Positions 51,857 through 64,000 of a stretch of 64,000 nucleotides of DNA are shown here, piece by piece. The stretch covers positions 33,170,001 to 33,234,000 of the forward strand of contig CM114271.1 of NCBI GenBank assembly GCA_050084515.1, in the 5' to 3' direction. Each line of letters opens with the position of its first letter. The first letter of the stretch is position 1. The DNA comes from Blasia pusilla. Its lineage: Eukaryota. Position numbers and translations under genes: made by a program. The notes below the pieces were generated by a model that was not told the DNA's origin, did not search any database, and worked only from the letters and a program-made list of their open reading frames with translations.

Positions 51857-53768
51857 CGGCCCCGCGAACCCCACCTCAACTCTTGATTTCGCGGCGGTTC
51901 TTGGACTGCACTGGCGTTTCTAGTGAACAGAAACCAACTTCTGTCGCCTCAGCTCCTCCATCTCATCACCTCTCGACGTTGCGGTGAACCTTGGACCACC
52001 ACTCTCGCCGTCTCACAACCCAGAACTGAGGCACGGATTGCTCGGCCCGAGCGATGAAGCTGAGCTATCCCGAGCTGCGCCGGGAGGAGCGACTTCACGA
52101 AGAAGGACAGAACTTCACAGCCTTTCCAAGCACGGACAGTTGTCACCACTCTCGTGCACCCCCGACCGCAGCAACGTCAGTAGCTGGTGCTGGTAGGATG
52201 GACGTCTTCCAGAACCCATTGCTCGTTAAGGCGCGAACCCATTGCTTGTTATGTCCCGCGCTGTAGCTCAGCGGTTCACCGTGAATTACTTCCAGTCGAG
52301 CTGACGCATGCTCTTACATCCGATTCCCCGGCAGGCCCGGCCACGGATATTTGCGAAATTCCTGATTCAAAACCGATTTCCCGAGTGCCCACCGCAAAGT
52401 TGCTTGCCTAGGGCAGGCTGTTCCACACTGATCTGACAAAGTCGTACAATTCATATCCGGCGACTCCACTTAAACACCATCCGGATGGGTTTCCAATCTC
52501 CCGCTTTTTAGTGAGGTTTTCTTTATCTGAAACGCCTTCGGCTCATCCTCGCAAGTCTAGTGAATGAATGAGAATAGGACTCTCAGCAGGTAGACAGACA
52601 GTCAGTCATCGCCGAAAGGTGGAGGCCACTCACCTCTCCGAATGTAACCGCTCAGCGGTGAGTCTGCTCCTTCCTTCGACGCGCAACACTACTCCCTGAA
52701 AGTATTTGGGTCTGGTAAAGGAAGGAGAGCCACATACATTTTCACCCGAATTATTTAATGAATTTATGTTTCCATGAGAGAGTTCCTATTTTTATTTGCA
52801 AACACTTTTATGTTCAACAGGTGGCAATAAAATATTTCGTATGATATAAGCAACATATTTTGGCTGCCAGGTGCTAGTTTACCCCTAGTGAATCAGTAGC
52901 GATGGAGTAAGTAGTGGGAAGCCGGGATTGGCGACCGGCGAGAATCCGAGATTATCCGATCCACAGCACGCACCGTACGGATCTCCTGTCGGGACCCGAC
53001 CGCATTTCGGGAAGAGTTTGGCTTTTGGCGTTTCTCTAGTTACTCAAAGACGTGATTTTCCTACCCTATTCTAAGTAAGGATTAGGGGAAAATCCAGCAG
53101 GCACGATTTGACAGGCTCCGATGCCATTTCCATACAAAACTAGACTAGCGGCTTGGCTGCAGTGAAAGTGGTCAGGGGTACTCTTATCTATTGTTTCATT
53201 CATGGTGTGTAATGTGAGTTAATGTACATATTACAATAATGTATTGTTATATGTTCTACTGACCATAGGAGTTCTTCATGTAGTGGTTAGTGGGTTGTTT
53301 CCTATTTTACCGGTGTAAAATCCGGATTTATGCAGGCGCTACTAAAAATATAGATGTTCATGGCACAAATATGCATTATAGAAATCATTAAATTCAATTA
53401 TTGTAGAGAATATCTCCTTCCACACTAAATTAAAATCCCACTCTTCTAATTTTTTCTATCAACGAAGACCTCTCTTGAAGTTTAGGTTATAAGAGGGCTA
53501 ATCAAAATATATCTATAATGAACAAAAAACTAATATGTTATTTGGGGTGACAGGTTTCTCCTTAATTTAATTATCTTCAATTGACCTCGTTAATAATAGA
53601 AGGGCCTTAAGAGGATATGTGTCGACGGCACAAGGACTATAAAAGGAAAGGTGTCAACAACTCATTAGGGTTTCTTCTAACCCTATCCTTTTTAATTGTA
53701 CATGTAATTATGATAATACTAATTCTTGTTTATATTTTGTTTTACTATGCATGTGGGATTACCAATAA

Positions 53769-53952
53769 TCTATACTATTAATAGAGGAGCGGTTTTCAAA
53801 TGGTGACACGGTAGAATTTACCACGTGTCTTTTGATAGTGTATGGGTAGGGCAATGCGTGACATGGGTAGGGGGGCATTCAAGTAACAGGGCAGGGTTAG
53901 GGACCATGGAGTGGATCGTGCATTGCACAGTCGCCTCACGGGTCCTAACTAG
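53769..53952 (+). mobile_element. Non-autonomous Helitron (184 bp)
   Basis: A|TCTATACTA 5' end, subterminal GTGCATTGCAC palindrome, CTAG|T 3' end, inserted in an AT dinucleotide. A second copy is at 10476. Confidence 0.8.
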
Positions 53953-54573
53953 TCAAATAGATTTGTAGATTCTATTTCTCATGATTTTGGACTTTTCTTA
54001 CTTCCAATAGCGTTGAGGTTGCCACACTTCTTTTAGTGAATACTAGTAAGAGTGTTTTTTCCATTTTGAGTTATTAGTGTGGCATATAATTTTCCAATTT
54101 TAGAGTCATTTCTACTTTATTACTTCAGAGAAAAAAATGTAATTATAAAATTCCTAACTCCATAAAAGGCAAGAGATTCCTCATACTCGAATCTAATTTT
54201 TCATTTATTTTACAATATTATTTCAGAGATAAGAAAAATAAGTGTATGCTCCCTTCTTGCTATTTTAAAATATGTGCGTCTACATAATCTTCCATTCATA
54301 CATAGTCACACGTAAGTTAGTAACTCACCTCATTTCCTTTTAATATAAGATAATATGACACCTCATATTTCTTTTGTGAAAAAATATTTGCTTCTTTTAG
54401 AGAGATTTTTTATAAAATCCTTGCATAATAATCCCCTAATTTGATTATTAGCATAGATGCTCATAGAATCCTAAAAACAATTACAACCATTGCACTCTAT
54501 GGATGGTTTGCTTAGCATCTACAACTAGGTCCCATGTTTTCTCTTTAATTTTTCAATCCTTTGATACATGTGA

Positions 54574-55565
54574 TGTCACGATCCTCATAACCAAATGACC
54601 GTCAAGTGGAACATCAAAACTCTAGTGGGCTCATGCTAGAATGGTTTGCGTGTTGGAGAGGTCTCTTGAAAAAAGCATTAGAGATGAGAGATTCACCATA
54701 TGATGCTTTTATGGTCGCGACTAAGAAATCTGAACTTGACGTGAACCACGACTTGAGAGGAGTCCAATACATGAAGAGAGGTTGTCAAAGAGGTGAGAAC
54801 CGGATTTGGAACGTGACCAACATTCGGGATTTTGAATGTATTTTGGACCATAACTTTTAGTCCCAAAATGTGTTTGGAATAAGTAAGGTGGCTTTGGAAA
54901 GCTTATGCAAAGCAAGTTCCAACGCACTATAGATCTCAGCAAATGCACAAGCAAAGGCTGAAAAACTTCAGAAAAACAATTGTTAGGAGAGTTGGGTTGA
55001 GGGCCAAAAAGAGGGCTCGAGAGTCTTTCTGAAAAGATAGGGGAAGGGTTGAGAACCCCATAAGTACTCGTAAAGGAGAAGGTCTCAAGAGTGTTTGGGA
55101 CTCGAACCCCACTTTGAGGCGTCCCGGATAAATGAAGGGTACGGAATGGATCGATAGTTTGGCGTTGGGATTCAAAACTTGAACCAAGTCCAATAGAGTG
55201 GATTTCGGAGGCCACTTTTAGATTCCAACCCACGACTCATTGAAGTGGATCTTGGATGGGGACCCATGGGAGTTCCATTTGATAGTTGGGATCGCTAGGC
55301 ATACAAACAACGTTTTAGGTGCTAGACTATCCAGAAAGTGTGTCCCAGATCTCGAAAGACTTGGCTGTGTTGGGAAGTGAGGAACTAGGCAGGTTGAGCT
55401 TGATGAAGTGTTGAGTTGAGAACTCGGTGGGTTGGAAGGCTGGTTGATCGAGACCAGACTAACATGAGTGTGTTTAGGTTTAGATCAACAATGAGAGTGT
55501 GTCCTACTGAACGTACATTTCCACAACACTATAGATTGGCGTTCTAGGGGAATAGGCGCACGACA
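54574..55565 (+). repeat. Diverged solo LTR of the chromovirus family
   Basis: TGTCACGA...GCACGACA, collinear along its length with the LTR at 55862-56863. Flanks TGTGA / TGTAG (degenerate TSD). No PBS or internal region. Confidence 0.85.
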
Positions 55566-55861
55566 TGTAGGGCTCTACATTACATCCTCATCCATTCATT
55601 TCAAACATTAGGTGATTACTTGAATTCTCTTCTCACATGTCTTTTTGTGTTTCTAACTTTCTTTATTATTGTCTCCATAAGTGTCAAGTTTAGGCATGCT
55701 TTGTCTTGTTTGATCTTCTTTGTAGGGTTATTCTTTTTATATCAAGGATATTGTTGTCATATTTCTTCTTTCTCCATTCGCATCTATTTTGGTGTACAAA
55801 TTTCTTGTATATTTCTTCCATTCCTCTACTTTACTAGAAATTTATCTCATGAGATCTTCCT

Positions 55862-56863
55862 TGTCGCGACCCTCATGACCAAACAAGTGCCAAGCGGAAC
55901 ATCGGAACATTAGCGGGCTCACGCTAAGATGGTTTGCGCGTTGGAGTTGTCTCAAAGAGGAGACAAGAGACGAGACGCGAGCGAGAAGTCGCGTTTCAGA
56001 TGTGATGGTTGCGACTCAGAAACCTAGAGCAAACGCGGAATGAGACTTGAAAGAAGTCGAGTCTAGGAAGTGGGTTGCCAAAGGAAAGATCCGGATTTGG
56101 AACGCCACTTGCGTTTGAGAGTTTCCGACTGTATTTATGGCCATAACTTTTAGCGCCGAGATGCGTTTGGAGCAAATAAGAGTGCGTTGGAAAGCTTATG
56201 AAGAGCCAGTTCAAACACACCAAAGATCGCTGCAAACACATAAGCAGCGGCCGAGATACGACCCGAAAACGATTGTAAGTGGAGTCGGGTTGAGGGCCAC
56301 AATGAAGGGCCCGAACCTCTTTTCCCAAAGGGGAGGGGTTATTGGAGAACCCCAGAAGTACTAGTAAGGGGGAAGGTCTCCGAGAGTGCTTGGAACCCAA
56401 ACCCCACTTTGGGCGCCGCGGGGCGGCTCAAGGGCATGGAACGGAACGCGAGTTTGGGCGTTGGGTTGGAAAACCTGCACCAAGTCCATTGAGGCAATTT
56501 TAGACATCCCTCTTGGATTTCACGCCGCGACTCAATTACTTGGGTCTCGGTTCGGAACTCACACGAGGACCGTTGAACAGTTGGGATCGCTAGGCGTGCA
56601 AGTGTCGTTTCAGATCCCTGGACTAACCAGGAAGTCTGTTCCAAGTCTTGAAGGACTTGCCATGTGTTGGGAGCTAGGAACTAAGGAAGGTTGAGCTTGA
56701 TGAGACGCCGAGTTTAGGACTCGGTGGGTTGGAACGCCGGTTGGCCAAACCCGACTAACGAGAGTGCGTGTTTGGGTGTAGATCGGCGATGAGTTCGTGA
56801 CCTACTGAACGCACGCTTCCGCAACACTAAAGATTGACGTTCAAGGAGAGTAGGGGCGCGACA
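55862..56863 (+). repeat. 5' LTR
   Basis: TGTCGCG...CGCGACA; matches 62212-63207. Confidence 0.97.
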
Positions 56864-56865
56864 AA

Positions 56866-56877
56866 TGGTATCAGAGC
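56866..56877 (+). promoter_or_regulatory. Primer-binding site, tRNA-iMet type
   Basis: TGGTATCAGAGC, 2 nt after the 5' LTR. Confidence 0.95.
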
Positions 56878-57079
56878 TTATCCTTGGAGAGCGAGAACTT
56901 GGGGTCGTGGGATCAGCCGGACGCTTGGGAAATTTCAAGGTAGCGGCTAGACTCGGACGCTCGAGGAGGGACGCAAGAAACGAGGAGGAGATCTGAGTGA
57001 GTTGGCTTGGAGATGGCGATCAAGGGAGAACAACCCAAGAAGCGCCGAATCAAGCGACGTGAACCGAGAGAGGAACCAA

Positions 57080-60000
57080 TGCCGGACCGTGAAGCTATAG
57101 AGAGTCGGAGACTCGAAGAGTGAACGCCGATCGTGAGGGCGTCAGTGGCGACTCCTTCCGCGGGGCGATGGGCAAACTTCGGGAAAGGACGGAGTCGAGC
57201 CAGACGTTGGACTTGTTGAAGGTGTTGGTGGAGCAGATGTCCCGGCAAAGCAAGCGGATTGCCGAGTTAGAGGCCACTCAAACCCGAGTGCGGGCAAAAA
57301 GCTCTGCAAGATTTAACCGCCTTACGCCATTTTCGGAGTGGGGCGCTCATGAAAGTGAAGGATTTCCTTACGGAATTGGAATTGTACGAGGCGCGAGAAA
57401 GGCTGCGAGCGGGACAAGGTGACGGTAGCCATTACTTTCTGAAGGATCATGCTCTACAATGGTGGACCGCTCAACGAGAGGAATATCTCGGGCGGTGAGT
57501 CACCCTCGAGTTGGGAGGAGTTCAAGGAGTTGATTGGGGATCGGTTCACTCCCGAGTACCAAGGATTGCGTGACACGGTGGAATGCGTCGCGGATGCTGG
57601 CAGAGTGGTTCCTTAAGCGCGTATGTGAGGAGTTTAGTGCGAAATGGCCCGACTTCTAGTCCGAAGATGGATGAGCACGCCGAAGAAGGCTATCTTCATT
57701 AGTGGACTCAAGCCGGCCGAGAAGGCCCTTTACCGAATGCCGGCGTTGCCAAAGAGACGCGGACCTTACGAAGCTAGCGGAGCGGATTGGGGACGATGAG
57801 GTCCAAACCCGAAACCCTTCAAGTCAAAAGTTTTTTGAAGAAGTCGAAAAATAAGGAGGCGTTCAAAAGAGGCGGAGTGGGGGGGCCAAGACGAACTAGG
57901 AGAGTAAATCGCCCGGCAAACAAAACGAGTGGAACTTCATGCGAAGCCGAAAGGAGGACAACACTCAAAGACAGGGAACGGCAAGGTCGTATGCTATAAC
58001 TGTGGCGAACCGGGGCACCTGTCGAAAGGGTGTTCGAAACCGAAGGTTAGTAATGGGAGTATGATTGCGTTTGCTGCTAAGCATCTGTTGGCGGGCGATA
58101 TGGAGACGTCCCTTCAAGTCACCAAGAGGATGCACAATTTGGTGTACCTAAGATCCAAGATTGCTGATCGCGATGTGTTGTTGCTCGTGGATACGGGTGC
58201 TTCACACTCCTTCCTAAGCCCAAGAATCGTGAAGGAACTGGGGTTGTCTACCTCTAAGGCGGACGAGCCCATTCGAGTGGGATTTGCGGGAGGCAAGTCT
58301 CATCGGACTTCTGATTTGGTCTTGGGTTTGACAGTAGGATGCGGGGTATTCGAGTTGAAGGAGAATTCCACTGTATGCGAAATGGACGGCATTGACGGAG
58401 TTTTGGGGAATACATTCCTAGATGCGTTTGAGGTGGAGTTAAGACGCCGACCATTGAGGTTGAGCGTCTTGCTAAAGGGCAAACGGTTACAGGTGCGGTT
58501 GGTCCGTGAGGTTCCAACGAAGATGGAGTTGGTGAACTCGATCACAAGGAGGAGCATGAATGAGTTGGAGGATGGATTTCTCTGCTTGATGAGACAAGTG
58601 GAGGAGGCTACAAGCAGTATACGCAGAGATCAGGACGCTGCCTCAAGGGGAATCCCAGAACCACTCCAGGAAGTGGTCCAGGAGTTTGAGGATGTCTTGA
58701 CAAATGAGCTTCCGACTGAATTGCCGCCGCATAGAGCCGTAGATCATAAGATAGAGATCATACCCGGTTCCCAACCGCCTTCAAAAGCACCATATAGGTT
58801 GAATCAGGAGGAACTTCTTGAGTTGAAAAAGCAGTTAAGTGAGCTCTTGGAAAAGGGTTACATTAGGACTAGCAAGTCACCTTATGGAGCACCTGTTCTC
58901 TTTGTAAAGAAGAAGGATGGAAAGATGAGGCTGTGTGTTGATTACCGTGCACTGAACAAAGTGACGGTTCGGAACAATTATCCTCTTCCAAGGATAGATG
59001 ATCTCTTTGATAGGCTGGCAGGCGCGAGATATTTCAGTAGGATTGACTTGAAGTCAAGATATTACCAGATTCGGATTGCCGAGGCAGATGTGGAGAAGAA
59101 GGCTGCGTGACGGGGAGATATCTGGTTCCTTTGAGTTTGTAGTGATGCCTTTCGGTCTATGTAACGCGCCTCCGGCGTTCATCACATTGATGAACTCCAT
59201 TTTTCACAAGGAAATGGATGAGTATGTTATCATCTATATCGATGATATACTTATCTATTCAAGTCACTAGAGGAGCACGTTCGACATGTGAGAGCGGTCT
59301 TGTCTAAGCTAAGGGCAAATCAGTTTGTGTATGCGAATGTAGAGAAGAGCGAATTTGGTTTGAGTAAGATCAAATTCTTGGGTCACGTGGTCGGTGTAGA
59401 TGGCGTCTGTCGGACATGGAAAAGGTAAAGGCGATTTCAGTGGGAACCCCCATCCTTTGTAAAGGGATGAGGAGGTTCATAGGTGCGGTGCAATTTTATC
59501 GTACTTATGTGAAAAACTTTTCGGAATTGTGAGACCTCTCACGGATTGGACGGCAAAGTTTGCCAACACGACTTGGACCCAAGAAGTTAATGAGGCATTC
59601 AACCGAGTGAAGCGATTCTATCGCAGAACCGGTGTTAAAGGCTGCCGGAGTTTGACAAACCGTTCAAGTGCATACCGATTCTAGTGATTTGCGGTTGCGG
59701 GAATGTTGGTGCAAGAAGGAGACCGGTGGCATATGAGAGCAAGAAGCTTAGCGCGACTTTGAAAGGAGATGGCCTACTCACGAGAAAGAGTTGTTCGCGG
59801 TGGTACATTGCTTGAGGAAGTGGCGGCATTATCTAGGACTCCACAGGACTCGAGTATTCACCGATAATATATCACTCAAGTATTTTGAGACCAGGATCGA
59901 GTGACACGAAACAAGCTGCGGTGGCATGATACCTTGGCGCTGATGGATGTAGAGTTGATCCACAAGCCAGGTAAAGATAATGTGATTCCGGATCGTTAAG

Positions 60001-61524
60001 TCGCAAGGGAGGAACACATGCCATCGGCGACATAGGTCTTGAGAGCAATGTTCCCTAAGGAAACAGATCTGAGAGAAGGATTAAGTGAAGGATATATGAA
60101 GGATGCTCAAGCAGGGGAATACGAGGAAGTTGAAGCAGGGGTGAGAAGGTGGCCAACATAAGTTTGAGGCACGGTTTACTAAGGTTCAAGCAGTAGGATC
60201 TATGTAGGGCAAGGCGAATGCGAACCAAGGTGTTAGTTTGAATGTCACGCGGACCCTTGGCGAGGACATAAAGGAGAGAAATCTCGCTAGTTGTTACATC
60301 AAAGCGGTTCTTTTGCCCAACATGAAGGAGGATGTTGCTCAATATGTGAAGACTGTGTGACACCTGCCAAGCGAATAGAGTCTCTTATGATAAGAAACAA
60401 GGCTTGCTTTGCATCCCTTGCCCGATCCCCAAAGGACCCTTGCAAAGTGTGAGTATGGATTTCATCACGAGTCTTCCGAATCTGGGGATACAACGCTATA
60501 CTTGTGATTGTTGATCGGTTTAGCAAGTTGGCGAGATTCATGCCGACGGTGGATTCACTGAACGGCGTATCTGACGGCGCAACTATTCCTCGATAGCGGT
60601 GGCGTGCTCATGGTTTGCCGAGGAGCATTGTTTCAGATCGGGATCAAAGTTTACGAGTGCTTTCGGAAGCACTTGTTGAAGGTTTAAGACCAAGCTGAGT
60701 TTGAGACGGCTTTCCACCCCGCAGACGGATGGGCCAGATGAAAAGGTAAACTCTATCATGAATCAAGTTTGAGGAATTATGTCAATCTTGATCAACGCGA
60801 TTGGATCAAGTGGTGAGCATGGCGGAATATCTTGCTACAACTCGACCAAGATTTTCGCAACAGGAGAATCTCCGTTTCTCCTGGAAATGGACAAGAGCCA
60901 AAAAGGGCCTCTTGATCTAGCCCTTTCGAAGGGTACTACATTGGCACGAACACGACAAGCAACGGCAGAAAGTTTGTTGGTAGAGATGCGAGAACGAGAA
61001 GAGAGCGCGAGGCGAAGTCTTGCACAAGCTCAAATGAGGTACGTTAAGCATGCTAACAAGAGTCGGCGCCAAGTACGATTCCAACTTGGAGAACAAGTGT
61101 GGTTGAGTATGAAGAATCTCACTCTTCCGAAAGAGTTGTCTGCGAAGGTGTCACGCCAAGTATCTTTGGACCGTATGTGATTGTGACAAACCCGTTTGAG
61201 GATGTGTATACGTTGAGGCTGCCGGACGAGTTCAAGATTCACCCGACCTTTCATGTGTCATTGTTGAAGAAATACCTTCAAGATAATGGACGTTTCGAGC
61301 GGAGACAGGTGGTGAGACCGCACCCGGTCATCGTAAATGAGGAGCCGGAGTTCGAGGTGGAGACCATCTTACGTTCGAGGCGTCGGGCCAACAAGTATGA
61401 ATACTTGGTAAAATGGAAGGGCTACCATGTGAAGGAGGCGACTTGGATTGCGGAGGCGGATTTGGAACACGCGCAAGAATTGTTGCGTGACTTCAAGCGA
61501 ACACAAGCAAAGCACATACGTTAG
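57080..61524 (+). pseudogene. gag-pol polyprotein (frameshifted as assembled)
   Basis: [14 protein letters not shown] knuckle, [10 protein letters not shown] protease, [10 protein letters not shown] / MPFGLCNAP / YIDD RT, RNase H and integrase fragments (SMDFIT, FHPQTDG), and chromodomain FEVETILRSR...YLVKWKGY...TW. The start is approximate. Confidence 0.92.
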
Positions 61525-62197
61525 TACGAGGAGAAGCTAGAGACATGACTTGTAATCAGTGGAATCTTGGGCCGAAGGCCGTTGTAACTAGAATATGCTA
61601 GTGTTGCAATAAAGGAGTGTATGGATTTGGAGGTTCGATACCAGTGTTGATTGCAATTTGTATGTGGTAGTGCATGGCTATGAGTCGTTCATCATAGACT
61701 TAGAATGTACGACAAAAGGACAGACAAGGAGTATTTGAGGTGAGAGCTCGTATGTGGATAAGCACCTAGAACATGACCTTGTGTTGGATTACACTCGGGC
61801 TCGCCCTAGCGTCGGCGGGGCAGATGAAGTCTGTCTTGGGGCTTGGGGTGATCTTACTTGTGGCCACATAAGTAAACTTAGTGACGCGCCTAAGTCGAAT
61901 ACGAGAGCGACCCAATAGTAGTACGATTTGTGGACCAGGTAAAGAGGTGTGATGTTCTGATTATGAGTCGAAAGAGTCTAAGGTTGCACACTTAGTTAGC
62001 TTATTTGATAGGTTAGTTCCTTGGAACTAGTCCAGGCTTATCGAAGATGAGAGGCTAATAATTCTAAGTGGGGCAAAGCGACAACTAGAGACTAAGAGGC
62101 ATTGCGGGTTAGCCACGTAAGCGCAATTCAATGTCAAGGGTAGGCTGCCAGGAGACTTGACATATTAAAGGTTTGCGTTGATGAGGCATCAACCTCT

Positions 62198-62211
62198 AAA
62201 AGAGGGGTGAG
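62198..62211 (+). promoter_or_regulatory. Polypurine tract
   Basis: AAAAGAGGGGTGAG directly before the 3' LTR. Confidence 0.9.
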
Positions 62212-63207
62212 TGTCGCGACCCTCATGACCAAACAAGTGCCAAGCGGAACATCGGAACATTAGCGGGCTCACGCTAAGATGGTTTGCGCGTTGGAGTTGT
62301 CTCAAAGAGGAGACAAGAGAGGCGAGACGCGAGCGAGAAGTCGCGTTTCAGATGTGATGGTGCGACTCAGAAACCTAGAGCAAGCGCGAATGAGACTTGA
62401 AAGAAGTCGAGTCTAGGAAGTGGGTTGCCAAAGGAAAGATCCGGATTTGGAACGCCACTTGCGTTTGAGAGTTTCCGACTGTATTTATGGCCATAACTTT
62501 TAGCGCCGAGATGCGTTTGGAGCAAATAAGAGTGCGTTGGAAAGCTTATGAAGAGCCAGTTCAAACACACCAAAGATCGCTGCAAACACATAAGCAGCGG
62601 CCGAGATACGACCCGAAAACGATTGTAAGTGGAGTCGGGTTGAGGGCCACAATGAAGGGCCGAACCTCTTTTCCCAAAGGGGAGGGTTATTGGAGAACCC
62701 CAGAAGTACTAGTAAGGGGAAGGTCTCCGAGAGTGCTTGGAACCCAAACCCCACTTTGGGCGCCCTTGGGGGCTCAAGGGCATGGAACGGAACGCGAGTT
62801 TGGGCGTTGGGTTGGAAAACTGCACCAAGTCCATTGAGGCAATTTTAGACATCCCTCTTGGATTTCAGGCCGCGACTCAATTACTTGGGTCTCGGTTCGA
62901 ACTCACACGAGGACCGTTGAGCAGTTGGGATCGCTAGGCGTGCAAGTGCCGTTTGAGATCCCCTGGACTAACCAGAAGTCTGTTCCAAGTCTTGAAGGAC
63001 TTGCCATGTGTTGGGAGCTAGGAACTAAGGAAGGTTGAGCTTGATGAGACGCCGAGTTTAGGACTCGGTGGGTTGGAACGCCGGTTGGCCAAACCCGACT
63101 AACGAGAGTGCGTGTTTGGGTGTAGATCGGCGATGAGTTCGTGACCTACTGAACGCACTCTTCCGCAACACTAAAGATTGACGTTCAAGGAGAGTAGGGG
63201 CGCGACA
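62212..63207 (+). repeat. 3' LTR
   Basis: TGTCGCG...CGCGACA followed by TTCCT. Confidence 0.97.
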
Positions 63208-64000
63208 TTCCTTGCCTAAATACTCTATCTTTTGTAAGGAATTTCTATATTCATACTCTCAAGGCAATTCTTTTGATATTATAGAAGCTACTTCTTTTTA
63301 TGATAAATGGTGATTGAATTGATTTCCAATCATACATTTTTTTTATCCAAGCAGAATTCTCTCCAACTACAAAAGTTTTTTATTGAACCGAGTATTTTCC
63401 TACTCAATCTTGTCATGGTTTTTCTTATTTGCATTATTATCTTAAATGATATGACTATGTATGATTCTATTGCAATGTCGTTGGACATTACTCTATCTCC
63501 TTGCTTATTTTGTTTTACACGCTCTTCTTTAGTCGTTTCTTTTTTTTGTTTGTGGTTCCCCTCTTCATCTTCAATCTCTCCACTATTGTCTTAATACTCA
63601 TATCTCCATCATATTTTCTACATTTCTCCCCATCTTCATCTTATATCCTCTCCAAAATCTCCTCCTAAATATAGCTTTGATCTACCACTCTCAAAATCCC
63701 ACTTGTTTGTCATCCTTACATACCTCATCCAAACCTTTGTTTCTTAATCCCATCTTTTCTACCCTTATCCCTTCTTCTCCTTCTTCATTACCTTACTTGC
63801 CACAATATCGTCATTTATCATCATCTCATTGATTTTCCATTGCTCACCCTTAAAATCCTTCTTCTTCTATTTATGTCCATGCATAAAGTTTGTTTCTTAC
63901 TTCATGATAAAGAGATTGCTTAAATAGGGATCAAATGACTTGATGTTATTGTTGATGGATGCATGGTCCTTCAATCCCTGCCCCATATCTCCTTATCACA

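Larger units (their letters stand above)
55862..63207 (+). mobile_element. Full-length Ty3/Gypsy chromovirus LTR retrotransposon
   Basis: Near-identical TG...CA LTRs, TTCCT TSD (55857-55861, 63208-63212), PBS, PPT, and gag-PR-RT-RH-INT-chromodomain order. Confidence 0.97.

Noticed and set aside
51272-51987. Plus-strand ORFs overlapping the glycosyltransferase
   Set aside because: Antisense shadows of a GC-rich coding sequence.

Overview
Eukaryotic, land-plant-like DNA (probably a bryophyte such as a liverwort; this is inference). CpG-rich gene islands are separated by AT-rich decayed transposons. Host genes seen: an intronless DUF4228/PADRE-type gene (21769-22470, +), a U2 snRNA gene (27315-27509, -) and an intronless type II membrane glycosyltransferase-like gene (50873-51856, -). 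The main object is a 10.4 kb Ty3/Gypsy retroelement (36612-46987, -), now disrupted by stops and frameshifts. Its polyprotein order is gag, protease, DNMT3-like C5 cytosine methyltransferase, RT, RNase H, DDE integrase, PHD finger. Instead of two ordinary LTRs it has split direct repeats (A1...B1-A2-B2). It has no tRNA primer-binding site but has a perfect 16-nt self-priming complement to its predicted 5' end. It is inserted into a decayed CRE-like non-LTR element. An older relic of the same family lies at about 28.4-30.1 kb. A young chromovirus (55862-63207, +; TTCCT TSD, tRNA-iMet PBS, chromodomain), related solo or partial LTRs, hAT-like and Tourist-like MITEs and non-autonomous Helitrons make up the rest. 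All calls are by eye; no database searches were run.
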